Source: Ferrovum sp.
GTDB lineage: Bacteria > Pseudomonadota > Gammaproteobacteria > Burkholderiales > Ferrovaceae
DNA: 64,000 nt
Assembly (NCBI GenBank): GCA_027316835.1
Contig: DAHVFW010000001.1
Span: 20,550-84,549 of the forward strand
Direction of reading: 5' to 3'
A model generated the notes under the pieces. The model was not told where the DNA came from, made no database searches, and saw only the letters and a list, made by a program, of their open reading frames with translations. A program made the position numbers and the translations under genes. Of the stretch, positions 30,923 through 40,705 are shown piece by piece; position 1 is the first letter of the stretch; every line of letters begins with the position of its first letter.

Positions 30923-32376
30923 GACGATTTGATTCTCCCTGTTGAAAAACGTTTCCCCAGATGAAGCACGGCGCAGATCAAGGACTCCAGATCCCGTACC
31001 CGAGTTCGATGATTGACCAGCGCCACGCGCAGGACGCGCTGCCCACGCACCAGAGTCGTCGAGAGAACGGCGATTCCGGATTCCTGGAGCGCAATGGCAA
31101 TCTGTGCATTCAATGCATCCGCTTGTGCAGGTTCTGCTCGATGACGAAAACAGACGATATTGAGAGTGACGGGCGCCATTAATTCGAGGGAGACTTCCCT
31201 ACTCACCCTTTCGGCCACGAAACGAGCCAGTGCACAGGTGTGAGCCATCATGGCCCCTAACCGCTCGGTCCCGTACCGGCGCACGGTCATCCAGGTTTTA
31301 AGCGCACGAAATCCGCGCGACAGATCAGGCCCGAGATCGCAGGGCCAGTCCTCTCCTGCGGCCGTGCCCCGCTCCTCCCGAGCCAGATAGCGGTCAGAAG
31401 AAGCAAACGTTCGACGTTGGAGCGAACCCGCTCGGATCAATAAAAATCCGGCATCGTAGGGTACTTGTCCCCACTTGTGAAAATCGAAGGCCAGAGAATC
31501 CGCCTGCTCGATACCCTGGAACAGGGGAGCCAACTCGGCACTCCAACAGCCCAGCGCACCCAATGCACCATCCACATGAAACCACAGAGACTGTGTCCGG
31601 CACAGGGCAGCAAGGGCCGTCAAGTCGTCGATGGCCCCGGTATCCACGGTGCCGGCCGAACCCACCACCATGAAAGGGGTCAACCCCGCCTGACGATCCT
31701 TACCGATTTGAACATGAAGCGCCGAAACATCCATCCGCCCGGATCCATCCAGGTCAACCAGATGCAGGGATTTTTTTCCCAATCCACTCAAATCCAGGGC
31801 CTTGTGCAGGGAACCATGCACTGTCGATGCCGCATAGACCGTCAAGGTATGCGCTCCCACCCCCTCCTGACGAACCTTTTCCCCCCACTGGGCGACTCGC
31901 GCCACCCACAGAGCCATCAGGGTGGCTTGCGAGGTTCCTGTGGTAAAGATCCCTTGCGCCGTCTCCGGAAAACGGAACCATTCCCGCGCCCAGTGCACGA
32001 TTTGCTGCTCTACCGCCACGGGAATCTGGTCACGCCCGCCCAGATTGGCATTCAACCCCCCCGCCAACATTTCAGCCAGCATGCCCGCCACCGTCCCGCC
32101 TCCATGGGCCCAACCCATGAAACCGGGGTGCGCATTCCCTACCGCATAGGGAAGGATATCCGCCATGAACCGTTGATGGATCTCTTCCAGAGGCTGTCCC
32201 GTACAAGGCGAGTTTTCCTGAAAAGAGCGGCGCACCGAAACGGGAATGGGCTGCCACACGGGTCGTTCCGTCAAATTCTGAACATAGTCCAAAAGATCAT
32301 CGAGCATGGCATGGGCCTGATGCCGCTCACTTTCCCAATCGTCGGGATCCAGACTCGATAGGATGGATTCCGTCAT
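30919..32376 (-). CDS. Group II PLP-dependent amino acid decarboxylase (DDC/GAD/DABA-decarboxylase family)
   Basis: HPGFMGW, GSAGTVDTGAIDDL, WFHVDGALG, DSLAFDFHKW (PLP lysine), LSRGFRALKTW. Confidence 0.92.
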   Translation of the reverse strand: MTESILSSLDPDDWESERHQAHAMLDDLLDYVQNLTERPVWQPIPVSVRRSFQENSPCTGQPLEEIHQRFMADILPYAVGNAHPGFMGWAHGGGTVAGMLAEMLAGGLNANLGGRDQIPVAVEQQIVHWAREWFRFPETAQGIFTTGTSQATLMALWVARVAQWGEKVRQEGVGAHTLTVYAASTVHGSLHKALDLSGLGKKSLHLVDLDGSGRMDVSALHVQIGKDRQAGLTPFMVVGSAGTVDTGAIDDLTALAALCRTQSLWFHVDGALGALGCWSAELAPLFQGIEQADSLAFDFHKWGQVPYDAGFLLIRAGSLQRRTFASSDRYLAREERGTAAGEDWPCDLGPDLSRGFRALKTWMTVRRYGTERLGAMMAHTCALARFVAERVSREVSLELMAPVTLNIVCFRHRAEPAQADALNAQIAIALQESGIAVLSTTLVRGQRVLRVALVNHRTRVRDLESLICAVLHLGKRFSTGRIKSS

Positions 32377-33215
32377 AAAGACCGGTGGAACCCTTCCGTT
32401 TCATGCGGGATCACCCAGCGCCGTACGTCCAGAGGCGTCATTCGCAATAACTGGCCGATATCGCTGTAATCATCAGGCAAGGCCGCATCGTCCCATCCGT
32501 TGTCGGAATGACGGGCCAGATTGACCGCCAGGGTCACATTGCGCACTCTGGATGAGGCCGCGTGTTCATCTTCCATCAGCGTGACCAACAGGTGGGGCAA
32601 ACCCCATCGAATCACCAGTTCATGCTGCAAAGCACGCACGGTAAACCCCAGCACCTCCTCCTGAACATCCTGGCTGCGCAAGGTTTTATCCATCTGTTGA
32701 GCCTCGCGAATTTTGAGCAGGCGAAGAGGCGCAAAAATCCATAACAACATTTCCGCCAAATCATGCAACAATGCGGCCATATACACTTCACCGAAGTGCC
32801 GATCATTGAGACGAATGGCCCATTCCCGCGCATAATCTGCCGCCCGTTCGGCGCGTCTTCCCACACGCTGCAAGTTGGCCAGCGCTGCAGGGTGCGCGCT
32901 CAATTGATCCTCGATGACGTTCAACCCCCCCATGACCTTTTGGTAAAAAGCATCCAGGCCCAATACCAGGATTGCCTGTTCCACTTCGATGATCTCGGTT
33001 TCCTGATGGCGGGACCGATGATTCTGCAGGTAACGCAACACGTGTGCCGTCAAAACGGGATCGCGCAAAACGATGGGCGCCACGGTCAGTACCGAAAGTT
33101 GCTCCTCGTCTGAACGCAACATCTCCAGATCTGCCAAACTGTTCCGGGATACTGGCAAGGTTGCGGCCTCCAGAAAGGAGAGCCATTGGGATAGGGTTCT
33201 GAATTCGTCAGCCAT
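32373..33215 (-). CDS. Stand-alone HDOD-domain protein
   Basis: LPVSR...DPVLTAHVLRYL...EQAILVLG...ALLHDLAEMLL...WGLP pattern. Confidence 0.85.
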   Translation of the reverse strand: MADEFRTLSQWLSFLEAATLPVSRNSLADLEMLRSDEEQLSVLTVAPIVLRDPVLTAHVLRYLQNHRSRHQETEIIEVEQAILVLGLDAFYQKVMGGLNVIEDQLSAHPAALANLQRVGRRAERAADYAREWAIRLNDRHFGEVYMAALLHDLAEMLLWIFAPLRLLKIREAQQMDKTLRSQDVQEEVLGFTVRALQHELVIRWGLPHLLVTLMEDEHAASSRVRNVTLAVNLARHSDNGWDDAALPDDYSDIGQLLRMTPLDVRRWVIPHETEGFHRSL

Positions 33216-33237
33216 CTTCAATATCCTCCGAACCGCA

Positions 33238-33933
33238 TCAGTTTCCCGGATTCACACGGACCATACCATTTTCCTGGGCAGTTCCGCTGAGCATTTTTCC
33301 GGTGACCGTACGCACCTGTACGTTCTGGCCCAACGCTGCGTTGTTCAGTGCCTGCCCATCCGTGCTGATCTTGAAACCGTCCCCCAGTACCTGGACCTGA
33401 ACCGTCTGTCCTTGCTGGACCACATAAGCCTCGCGCATCATGTCTGCCCTCAGGACCTGTCCCGTATTGAGTCCCTGACGCAACACCTTGCCCGTCAAGT
33501 TGGTCTGTCGAGTCACCATCCCGAAATGATCCAGCACCCCATGCCGAATTTCAAAATCCGTTTCATTCAACGGGGTATCCCGCATCAACGGGTGACGGGC
33601 CACATAATAATCGGCGGTCAGAGTCACGCGCACTGGGATCATCCGACTCCACACACTGCCATCGGTTTCGTTGGCACAACGCAACGCCACCATGAAACGC
33701 CCTTCCGGCCGAACACCGGGCGGAAGAGATAACTGAGGGGAAAGACAGTGCTCTGGCCATTGGCCATAAGAGGGATGCTCCACTGTCACGGAAAGTTCAC
33801 CCTGCTCCCCCACCCACTGACTTTCGACAAAGTGCCGTATGGCCGCCACCAGCGTTTCCTCCGTGTCTGCCCAGCCCTGTTGAGCCACCAGGACGAGGCC
33901 CAGCAACCCCATCATCCCCATCCACTTTGCCAT
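33238..33933 (-). CDS. flgA: Flagellar P-ring chaperone FlgA
   Basis: Signal peptide; SAF region; VQQGQTVQV...DGQALNNAALGQNVQVRT..GKMLSG; divergent from flgB. Confidence 0.92.
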   Translation of the reverse strand: MAKWMGMMGLLGLVLVAQQGWADTEETLVAAIRHFVESQWVGEQGELSVTVEHPSYGQWPEHCLSPQLSLPPGVRPEGRFMVALRCANETDGSVWSRMIPVRVTLTADYYVARHPLMRDTPLNETDFEIRHGVLDHFGMVTRQTNLTGKVLRQGLNTGQVLRADMMREAYVVQQGQTVQVQVLGDGFKISTDGQALNNAALGQNVQVRTVTGKMLSGTAQENGMVRVNPGN

Positions 33934-34061
33934 TGCGCCTCCCACCTAGAAACCATGAAAAAGGGGCATAACCTCCTTTTAATCTTCCCTTGACGGACAT
34001 TCCCAGAGGAATACCATGATCACTGGAAATCCTTGGCATATTATGGGACAGGAAACTCGTG

Positions 34062-34466
34062 ATGGCTACCACCCTTGACCGCACGTTGCAATTTCAGCAA
34101 AGCGCCCTGCATGTTCAGGAAGCGCGTCAGGAGTTGATCGCGTCGAATATTGCCAACGCAGACACCCCCGGTTACCTTGCCCGTGACATCGATTTTCGGG
34201 AAGCGCTGGCCACCGCCTTGCAGCAAGGAAAACCCCCGCCTCTGTCCCTGAGCACCTCATCCCCCGATCATCTGGGGGCCAGTACGGGAGAAAATGCGGC
34301 GGGTTCACCGCTTCTGTATCGCGCCACGGTTCAACCCAGTGCGGACGGAAACACCGTCAACCTGGATATCGAACGTGCTCAATATTCCGAAAGCGCCGTG
34401 CGCTACCAGGCCAGCCTCCGGTTTGGAACCCAGCAGATCCGGGATATCCTGAGCGTCCTGAATTGA
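34062..34466 (+). CDS. flgB: Flagellar proximal rod protein FlgB
   Basis: ASNIANADTPGYLARDIDF; DGNTVNLDIE. Confidence 0.97.
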   Translation: MATTLDRTLQFQQSALHVQEARQELIASNIANADTPGYLARDIDFREALATALQQGKPPPLSLSTSSPDHLGASTGENAAGSPLLYRATVQPSADGNTVNLDIERAQYSESAVRYQASLRFGTQQIRDILSVLN

Positions 34467-34477
34467 GGTAACTGGCC

Positions 34478-34882
34478 ATGTCCCTTTTTGATGTCCTGAG
34501 TATTTCCAGTTCCGCCCTGACAGCCCAGTCGGAGCGTCTCAATGTAGTAGCCAGCAATCTTGCCAATGCAGACAGTGCGACGGGGGCCGATGGTCAGCCC
34601 TACCACGCCAAACAGGTCATTTTCAAGGCCATTCCTTTGAACCACCAGGGAGGCACCGCCGTACAGGTGGACCAGGTCATCAATGACCCTACCCCCATGA
34701 AAAAAATGTATGACCCAGGTAACCCCCTGGCTGATCCCCAAGGCTTCGTCACGATGCCCAATGTCAATGTCGTGGAAGAAATGGTGAACATGATTTCCTC
34801 TTCCCGGTCCTACCAGAACAACGTGGAAGTCCTGAATACTTCCAATACGTTGTTGCTCAAAACACTCACTCTCGGTCCATAG
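34478..34882 (+). CDS. flgC: Flagellar proximal rod protein FlgC
   Basis: [35 protein letters not shown]. Confidence 0.97.
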   Translation: MSLFDVLSISSSALTAQSERLNVVASNLANADSATGADGQPYHAKQVIFKAIPLNHQGGTAVQVDQVINDPTPMKKMYDPGNPLADPQGFVTMPNVNVVEEMVNMISSSRSYQNNVEVLNTSNTLLLKTLTLGP

Positions 34883-34892
34883 GAGCCCCGCC

Positions 34893-35606
34893 ATGACCAC
34901 CGTCAACCCTGCCAGCACCCTGATCAACCAACTGAACCAATCCAACAGTTCTTTGGCTTCTTCCAGCCCAGCACTGGGCAGTGGACTGCCCGGCGTGACC
35001 AACACGAGCGCAGCGGCCATGCAAAACAATTTCATGACGCTGCTGATCACCCAATTACAAAACCAGAACCCCATGAATCCCATGGACAGTAGCCAGATGA
35101 CTGCTCAACTGGCCCAGATCAGTACGGTGAGCGGCATCAGTCAGTTGAATCAGACCCTGACCGCACTCAATACCAGTCTCTCCGGAAGTCAATCCATGGC
35201 TGCTGCCACCGGCCTGATCGGGCATAACGTTCTGGTTCCCGGTAATACCCTCCAGTTGACTTCGGGTAGTCCCGCCACTGCGGGCGTAAGTCTCCCTCAG
35301 GCCGTCAGCAACCTGACTGTGACCATCAAAAACAGCGCAGGAACCGTCCTGAACACTCTCGATCTGGGCGCTCAACCGGCGGGCGTCGTTCCCATCACTT
35401 GGAATGGTTTAAACAAATCCGGCGTTCAAGTTCCCTCCGGAACCTATCAGATAGTCGCCAGCGCCACTCAGGGAGGGGCTTCCGTGACCGCTACTCCCCT
35501 GTCTTCCGGAAAGGTGAATTCAGTCACCATGGGAAGTCAGGGCGCGTCTCTCGATTTAGGCACACTGGGCAGTTTCAACCTTTCATCCGTCGCCTACATC
35601 CAGTAA
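34893..35606 (+). CDS. flgD: Hook capping protein FlgD
   Basis: FMTLLITQLQNQNPMNP...TAQLAQISTVSGI; WNG; position after flgC. Confidence 0.95.
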   Translation: MTTVNPASTLINQLNQSNSSLASSSPALGSGLPGVTNTSAAAMQNNFMTLLITQLQNQNPMNPMDSSQMTAQLAQISTVSGISQLNQTLTALNTSLSGSQSMAAATGLIGHNVLVPGNTLQLTSGSPATAGVSLPQAVSNLTVTIKNSAGTVLNTLDLGAQPAGVVPITWNGLNKSGVQVPSGTYQIVASATQGGASVTATPLSSGKVNSVTMGSQGASLDLGTLGSFNLSSVAYIQ

Positions 35607-35633
35607 CTTCACCCTCTCCAAGGAGCAACCACC

Positions 35634-36887
35634 ATGGCTTTTCAACAAGGACTCAGTGGGCTGGATGCCTCTGCCAGCCAATTGAATACGATTGGCAACA
35701 ACATCGCCAACGCCAGCACCGTCGGATTCAAATCTTCCAATACGCAGTTTTCCGATATCATTGCCTCGGCCTTCAACAGTGCGAGCAGCGCCTCCAGCGG
35801 AATCGGGACTCAGGTCTCCAGGATTTCTCAAAGTTTTACTCAAGGCAATATCCAATCCACGGGAAACCCCCTTGATATGGCCATCAATGGTCAAGGTTTT
35901 TTCCGCATGAACAACAACGGGAACATCACCTTTACGCGCAACGGCCAGTTTCAACTGGACAAAAACGGATATCTGGTGGATGCCACCGGCAATCAGGTCA
36001 CGGGGTATCTGGCCGCCAGCAATGGAACCATCGTGGCAGCCACCCCCACTCCCATCCAGATTCCCACCGCCAATCTGGCTCCCACCCCCACCAATCAGGC
36101 CACGGTAGGCGTGAATCTCGACTCCAGTTCCACGGTTCCCTCCACCACGCCCTTCAACCCCACCGACCCCACGACCTTCAACAACTCGACCTCCATGACG
36201 GTCTATGATAGTTTGGGCAACAGTCATATCGCCACCCTGTATTTTGTCCTGAATCCACCGCCGGCCACTGCCTCCTGGAACACTTATCTGACCGTCGATG
36301 GGGCGCAGGTGCCAGCGGCGGGCACTCCCATTGGCACCCTGGGTTTCAATTCCAGCGGCACCCTGGTCAGCCCTCCCGCCGCCCCCCCCTTGCAGATGGG
36401 GCAGATCGCCGTCTCCCTGCCCCTCACCAATGGCGCCACCACGCCCCAGGTCATTACGATGAGTTTCGGCAATTCGACCCAGTACGGTTCTCCCTTTGGC
36501 GTCAACCAACTGGTACAAAACGGCTACACGTCAGGACAATTAAGTGGATTCACCACCAGTCCGACCGGGATCATCCAGGGCAATTATTCCAATGGTCAGT
36601 CGAAAAACCTGGGGCAAATCGCTCTGGCCAACTTTGCCGATCCACAAGGTCTTCAGTCCCTGGGAAACAACCAATGGGGAGAAAGTTTCAGTTCGGGATC
36701 CGCCCTGATCGGGGCACCAGGCAGTGGGAATCTGGGGGCAATTCAATCCAGCGCTGTAGAAGGTTCCAACGTCAATCTCACTTCCGAACTGGTCAACATG
36801 ATCACGGCTCAGCGCAACTATCAAGCCAATGCCCAGACCATCAAGACCGAGGATCAGATCACACAAACCCTGATCAACCTGAGATAG
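35634..36887 (+). CDS. flgE: Flagellar hook protein FlgE
   Basis: GNNIANASTVGFK, TRNGQF, VYDSLG, SNVNLTSELVNMITAQRNYQANAQ. Confidence 0.97.
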   Translation: MAFQQGLSGLDASASQLNTIGNNIANASTVGFKSSNTQFSDIIASAFNSASSASSGIGTQVSRISQSFTQGNIQSTGNPLDMAINGQGFFRMNNNGNITFTRNGQFQLDKNGYLVDATGNQVTGYLAASNGTIVAATPTPIQIPTANLAPTPTNQATVGVNLDSSSTVPSTTPFNPTDPTTFNNSTSMTVYDSLGNSHIATLYFVLNPPPATASWNTYLTVDGAQVPAAGTPIGTLGFNSSGTLVSPPAAPPLQMGQIAVSLPLTNGATTPQVITMSFGNSTQYGSPFGVNQLVQNGYTSGQLSGFTTSPTGIIQGNYSNGQSKNLGQIALANFADPQGLQSLGNNQWGESFSSGSALIGAPGSGNLGAIQSSAVEGSNVNLTSELVNMITAQRNYQANAQTIKTEDQITQTLINLR

Positions 36888-36903
36888 GCACAGGAAACTC
36901 GCC

Positions 36904-37665
36904 ATGGATCGTCTCATCTACACTGCCATGACCGGCGCTTCCCACATCCTGGAGCGTCAGGCCACCATTTCCAACAATCTGGCCAACAACAATACGACAG
37001 GTTATCGCAGCGCCGTCGACAGTTTCCGCGCCATCCCACTCGTGGGAGAAGGATTGCCCACCCGTACCTTCGTCGTCAACGGTTTGTCCGGCTACGACCT
37101 CACCCCCGCCACGCTCACCCATACCGGCAGGAGCCTCGATGTCGGAATCACGGGCAAGGGCTGGATTGCCGTTCTCTTGCCGGACAACACGGAAGCGTAC
37201 ACACGGAATGGAAACCTGCAGGTATCCACGGATGGAATTCTGCAAACCAATACCGGGTACCCCGTCATCGATGACAATGGTGAGTTGGTGGCACGGGATC
37301 AGATCGACATCCCCCCCGACACTCAGGTGACCATTGGATCGGACGGGACCATTTCCACGGTCCCCGGCGGCATCCCGCCCATGCCCAGTACGACCGTGGG
37401 CAAGTTGAGACTGGTCGACCCTTCCGAAGACCAGTTATATCGCGGAGAAGACGGGTTGTTCCGCACCCGTGATCGCAAACCGGTGCCGCCCAGCACCACC
37501 GTCACCCTCACGCCAGAAACCCTGGAAAGCAGCAACGTCAATGCCATTTCCGCCATGGTCGACATCATTTCCATTTCGAAACAATTTGAAATGCACATGC
37601 AAATGCTCCAGACCGCCCAATCCAACGACCAACTCGCCACCCAGATCCTGGCCTCACTCCGCTAA
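36904..37665 (+). CDS. flgF: Flagellar rod protein FlgF
   Basis: [40 protein letters not shown]. Confidence 0.96.
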   Translation: MDRLIYTAMTGASHILERQATISNNLANNNTTGYRSAVDSFRAIPLVGEGLPTRTFVVNGLSGYDLTPATLTHTGRSLDVGITGKGWIAVLLPDNTEAYTRNGNLQVSTDGILQTNTGYPVIDDNGELVARDQIDIPPDTQVTIGSDGTISTVPGGIPPMPSTTVGKLRLVDPSEDQLYRGEDGLFRTRDRKPVPPSTTVTLTPETLESSNVNAISAMVDIISISKQFEMHMQMLQTAQSNDQLATQILASLR

Positions 37666-37679
37666 GGGAGATATCAATC

Positions 37680-38465
37680 ATGCAACGTTCTCTATGGATT
37701 TCAAAGACCGGACTCGAGGCCCAACAAACCCAGATGGATGTCATTTCCAACAATCTGGCCAACGTGGGAACCAACGGATTCAAAAAATCGCGGGCGGTAT
37801 TTGAAGACCTGCTCTACCAGACCATCTACCAACCCGGCGCCCAATCTTCACAAATCACCATGTACCCATCCGGCATGCAACTCGGCACCGGGGTGCAACC
37901 CCTGGCAGCCGAGCGCATAATGACCCAGGGCAATCTCCAGCAAACCGGAAATGCCCTGGATATCGCCATCAACGGGAATGGCTTCTTTCAGGTCCTGTTA
38001 CCCAACGGAACCATCGCCTATACCCGGGACGGCTCCTTTCAAACGGACAATCAGGGCAATCTGGTTACTGCAGCGGGCTATCAGGTCCAACCTGCCGTCA
38101 CGATTCCCCTCAATTCCACCAGTATCACCATCGGAAGCGATGGGACGGTGTCCGTCACCCAGGCAGGGATCGTCAATCCCCTCCAGGTCGGGAGTCTCCA
38201 GTTGGCCACCTTCATGAATTCCACCAATCTGCAAAGTATCGGGGGAAATCTGTATCTGGAAACGCAATCTTCCGGCACCCCCAATTTGAGCGCGCCAGGC
38301 CTGAACGGAGCGGGAACCTTGAATCAGGGCTATGTCGAAACTTCCAATGTCAGCGTAGTGGAAGAACTGGTCAACATGATCGAAACCCAACGCGCCTATG
38401 AAATCAATTCCCAGGCGGTTCAGGCCTCAGGGCAAATGCTGCAGACATTGGCGACCATGAGGTAG
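37680..38465 (+). CDS. flgG: Flagellar distal rod protein FlgG
   Basis: [55 protein letters not shown]. Confidence 0.98.
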   Translation: MQRSLWISKTGLEAQQTQMDVISNNLANVGTNGFKKSRAVFEDLLYQTIYQPGAQSSQITMYPSGMQLGTGVQPLAAERIMTQGNLQQTGNALDIAINGNGFFQVLLPNGTIAYTRDGSFQTDNQGNLVTAAGYQVQPAVTIPLNSTSITIGSDGTVSVTQAGIVNPLQVGSLQLATFMNSTNLQSIGGNLYLETQSSGTPNLSAPGLNGAGTLNQGYVETSNVSVVEELVNMIETQRAYEINSQAVQASGQMLQTLATMR

Positions 38466-38471
38466 GTCATC

Positions 38472-39158
38472 ATGCGCCCCCGTTTCCAGAGATGCTCCGT
38501 TCTTTTCCTTCTGTTGGTCCTGGGTGGCTGCACGGCCACCCCGTCCACCCATATCACCAGCCCATTGACGGCTCGTCCGCTCGACTTGTATAAAACCATT
38601 CCCCCCGACACAGGGGGGATTTATCAGGTTGGCTATGGCCAGCATCCCCTGTTTGAGGACGTACGGGCCCGCAACCTGGGAGACACCATTCAGATCCTGC
38701 TTCAGGAGAGTTCCAATGCCACGGAAGCCGATGGAAACTCCCTGATCCATGCAGGGTCCATCACTTCAACCACCCCAGCCATTGTCGGGGCGGTAACCGG
38801 TCAACACATATTGGACGGGATTACTTCAAACAGTTCCTCCTCCAACAAGTTGACCAACACCAACAACAACAACGGCAATAACTTCCTGTCCGGTTCCATC
38901 ACCGCCACCGTCATCGAGGTACTCCCCAATGGCAACCTGAAGGTCAGTGGAGAGAAACTGGTCACCGTCAACCAAACCGATCAATACATCCGGATTTCCG
39001 GTGTCATCAACCCGGTTTATGTCCAATACAATAACACCATCCCTTCTACCCAAGTGGCCGATGCCCAAATCGAATACCGTGGAGGAAATACCAACATCGA
39101 CAGCGCTGCGATCAAAAGCATGCTCGGGCACTTTTTCCTGTCCTCGGTACCCTTCTGA
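38472..39158 (+). CDS. flgH: Flagellar L-ring lipoprotein FlgH
   Basis: Lipobox LGGC; LFEDVRARNLGD; VLPNGNLKVSGEK; VADAQIEY. Confidence 0.96.
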   Translation: MRPRFQRCSVLFLLLVLGGCTATPSTHITSPLTARPLDLYKTIPPDTGGIYQVGYGQHPLFEDVRARNLGDTIQILLQESSNATEADGNSLIHAGSITSTTPAIVGAVTGQHILDGITSNSSSSNKLTNTNNNNGNNFLSGSITATVIEVLPNGNLKVSGEKLVTVNQTDQYIRISGVINPVYVQYNNTIPSTQVADAQIEYRGGNTNIDSAAIKSMLGHFFLSSVPF

Positions 39159-39165
39159 GTACGCC

Positions 39166-40278
39166 ATGCGCTTTCTCCTGACCTTCTTCCTGATCACTCC
39201 GTTGCTGGTTTTCTCGCCGGGAGCCGATGCCCGGCGTATCAAAGACCTCGCCACCATCCAGGGGGTCCGGCATAACCAGTTGATCGGTTATGGACTGGTC
39301 GTTGGCCTGGACGGCACCGGCGACATGACTATCCTGACCCCCTTCACCGTTCAGAGTTTCCTCAACATGCTGACCCGGATGGGCATTAATACTCCTCCCG
39401 CCAGTATCCTCCAGACCATGCTCAAGAACGTGGCGGCGGTCATGGTGACCGCCGACCTGCCCCCTTTTTCCCGCCCTGGCCAGACCATCGATGTCACCGT
39501 CTCCTCAGTCGGGAACGCCAATAGCCTGCTGGGGGGTACCCTGCTGATGACGCCGCTCAAGGGGGCTGATGGGCAGGTGTACGCCATGGCACAGGGGAAC
39601 CTGTTGGTTGGAGGGGTAGGCGGGGGAGCCAAAGGATCCAAGGTTCTGGTCAATCATCAGAGCGTCGGTCTCATTCCCAGCGGAGCCACCGTCGAGCGTC
39701 TTGTCAATTCCCCTTTTTCCCAAGGGGACTACATCACGCTTGAATTGAATGAAATGGATTTCACCACAGCCACTCAAATGGCGGACGTCATCAATCAGCA
39801 ACTGGCTTTGGGCCAACCCATCGCCGCTGCGCTCGATGGACGAACCCTTCAGGTTCAGGCACCCAGGGGCACGGCCCGGGTTCAGTTCATGTCTCGCCTG
39901 GAAAACCTTCAAGTGGATGCGGGAATCGAAGAAGCCAAAGTCATCATCAATGCCCGCAATGGTTCCGTGGTGATGAACCAGAATGTTACACTGGAGGAAT
40001 GCGCTGTGGCTCATGGCAATCTCACCGTAGTCATCAGCGCCCTCAACCAGGTCAGCCAACCCAATCCGCTATCCAACGGGAACACTGTTCAAACCGGGCA
40101 AGCCGCCATCAATATCAAGGAAGATAAGGGGGCACTCATTCTGCTCAAAAAAGGGGTTTCCCTCAACGAGGTCATCCGCGCGCTGAATACCCTGGGCGCC
40201 AAACCGGAAGATCTCTTGTCCATCCTTCAATCCATGAAAGCGGCGGGCGCATTGCACGCCGACCTGGAGATCATTTGA
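39166..40278 (+). CDS. flgI: Flagellar P-ring protein FlgI
   Basis: RIKDLATIQGVRHNQLIGYGLVVGLDGTGD; LQSMKAAGALHADLEII; ATG at 39166. Confidence 0.98.
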   Translation: MRFLLTFFLITPLLVFSPGADARRIKDLATIQGVRHNQLIGYGLVVGLDGTGDMTILTPFTVQSFLNMLTRMGINTPPASILQTMLKNVAAVMVTADLPPFSRPGQTIDVTVSSVGNANSLLGGTLLMTPLKGADGQVYAMAQGNLLVGGVGGGAKGSKVLVNHQSVGLIPSGATVERLVNSPFSQGDYITLELNEMDFTTATQMADVINQQLALGQPIAAALDGRTLQVQAPRGTARVQFMSRLENLQVDAGIEEAKVIINARNGSVVMNQNVTLEECAVAHGNLTVVISALNQVSQPNPLSNGNTVQTGQAAINIKEDKGALILLKKGVSLNEVIRALNTLGAKPEDLLSILQSMKAAGALHADLEII

Positions 40279-40279
40279 C

Positions 40280-40705
40280 ATGGCCCACGACCTCCCCCTC
40301 TCCGTCGACCCCAACGCCCGTTTGGCCTTTGACAGTCAGGCATTGGCGGGACTGCGCCTGAAAGCGCACCAGGATCCGAACAAATCCCTCCCTCAGGTCG
40401 CCAAGCAATTCGAGACCGTATTCATGAACATGATGATGAAATCCATGCGGGCCACCGTACCCCAGGACAGTCTGGGTGACAGTCAACAAACCAAGATGTT
40501 CACGGAGATGCTGGACAAACAGTTGGCCCAGAATGCGTCAAAAAGCCATGGGTTAGGATTGGCAGACCTGATCGTCAAGCAGTTGTCCCCTCATTCTTCC
40601 ATTCCACACCCTTCTTCTCCTCTCACTAAAGTTGTCGCCCCCACCGCCGATAACCTGGTGAAGAAGGGGATTCCCCTCAAACCCCCGGGAGTTCACCATG
40701 ACTGA
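40280..40705 (+). CDS. flgJ: FlgJ, rod-capping domain only (141 aa, no muramidase domain)
   Basis: QFETVFMNMMMKSMR...FTEMLDKQLAQ...GLGLADLIVKQL; ends overlapping the flgK start. Confidence 0.92.
   Translation: MAHDLPLSVDPNARLAFDSQALAGLRLKAHQDPNKSLPQVAKQFETVFMNMMMKSMRATVPQDSLGDSQQTKMFTEMLDKQLAQNASKSHGLGLADLIVKQLSPHSSIPHPSSPLTKVVAPTADNLVKKGIPLKPPGVHHD
40627..40653 (+). promoter_or_regulatory. sigma28 (FliA) promoter for flgK-flgL inside the flgJ 3' end
   Basis: TAAA-N15-GCCGATAA, exact consensus. Confidence 0.9.

Noticed and set aside
38862-38873. (AAC)4 repeat in flgH
   Set aside because: Short in-frame Asn run that fits the general charge-depleted composition; too short for a meaningful microsatellite
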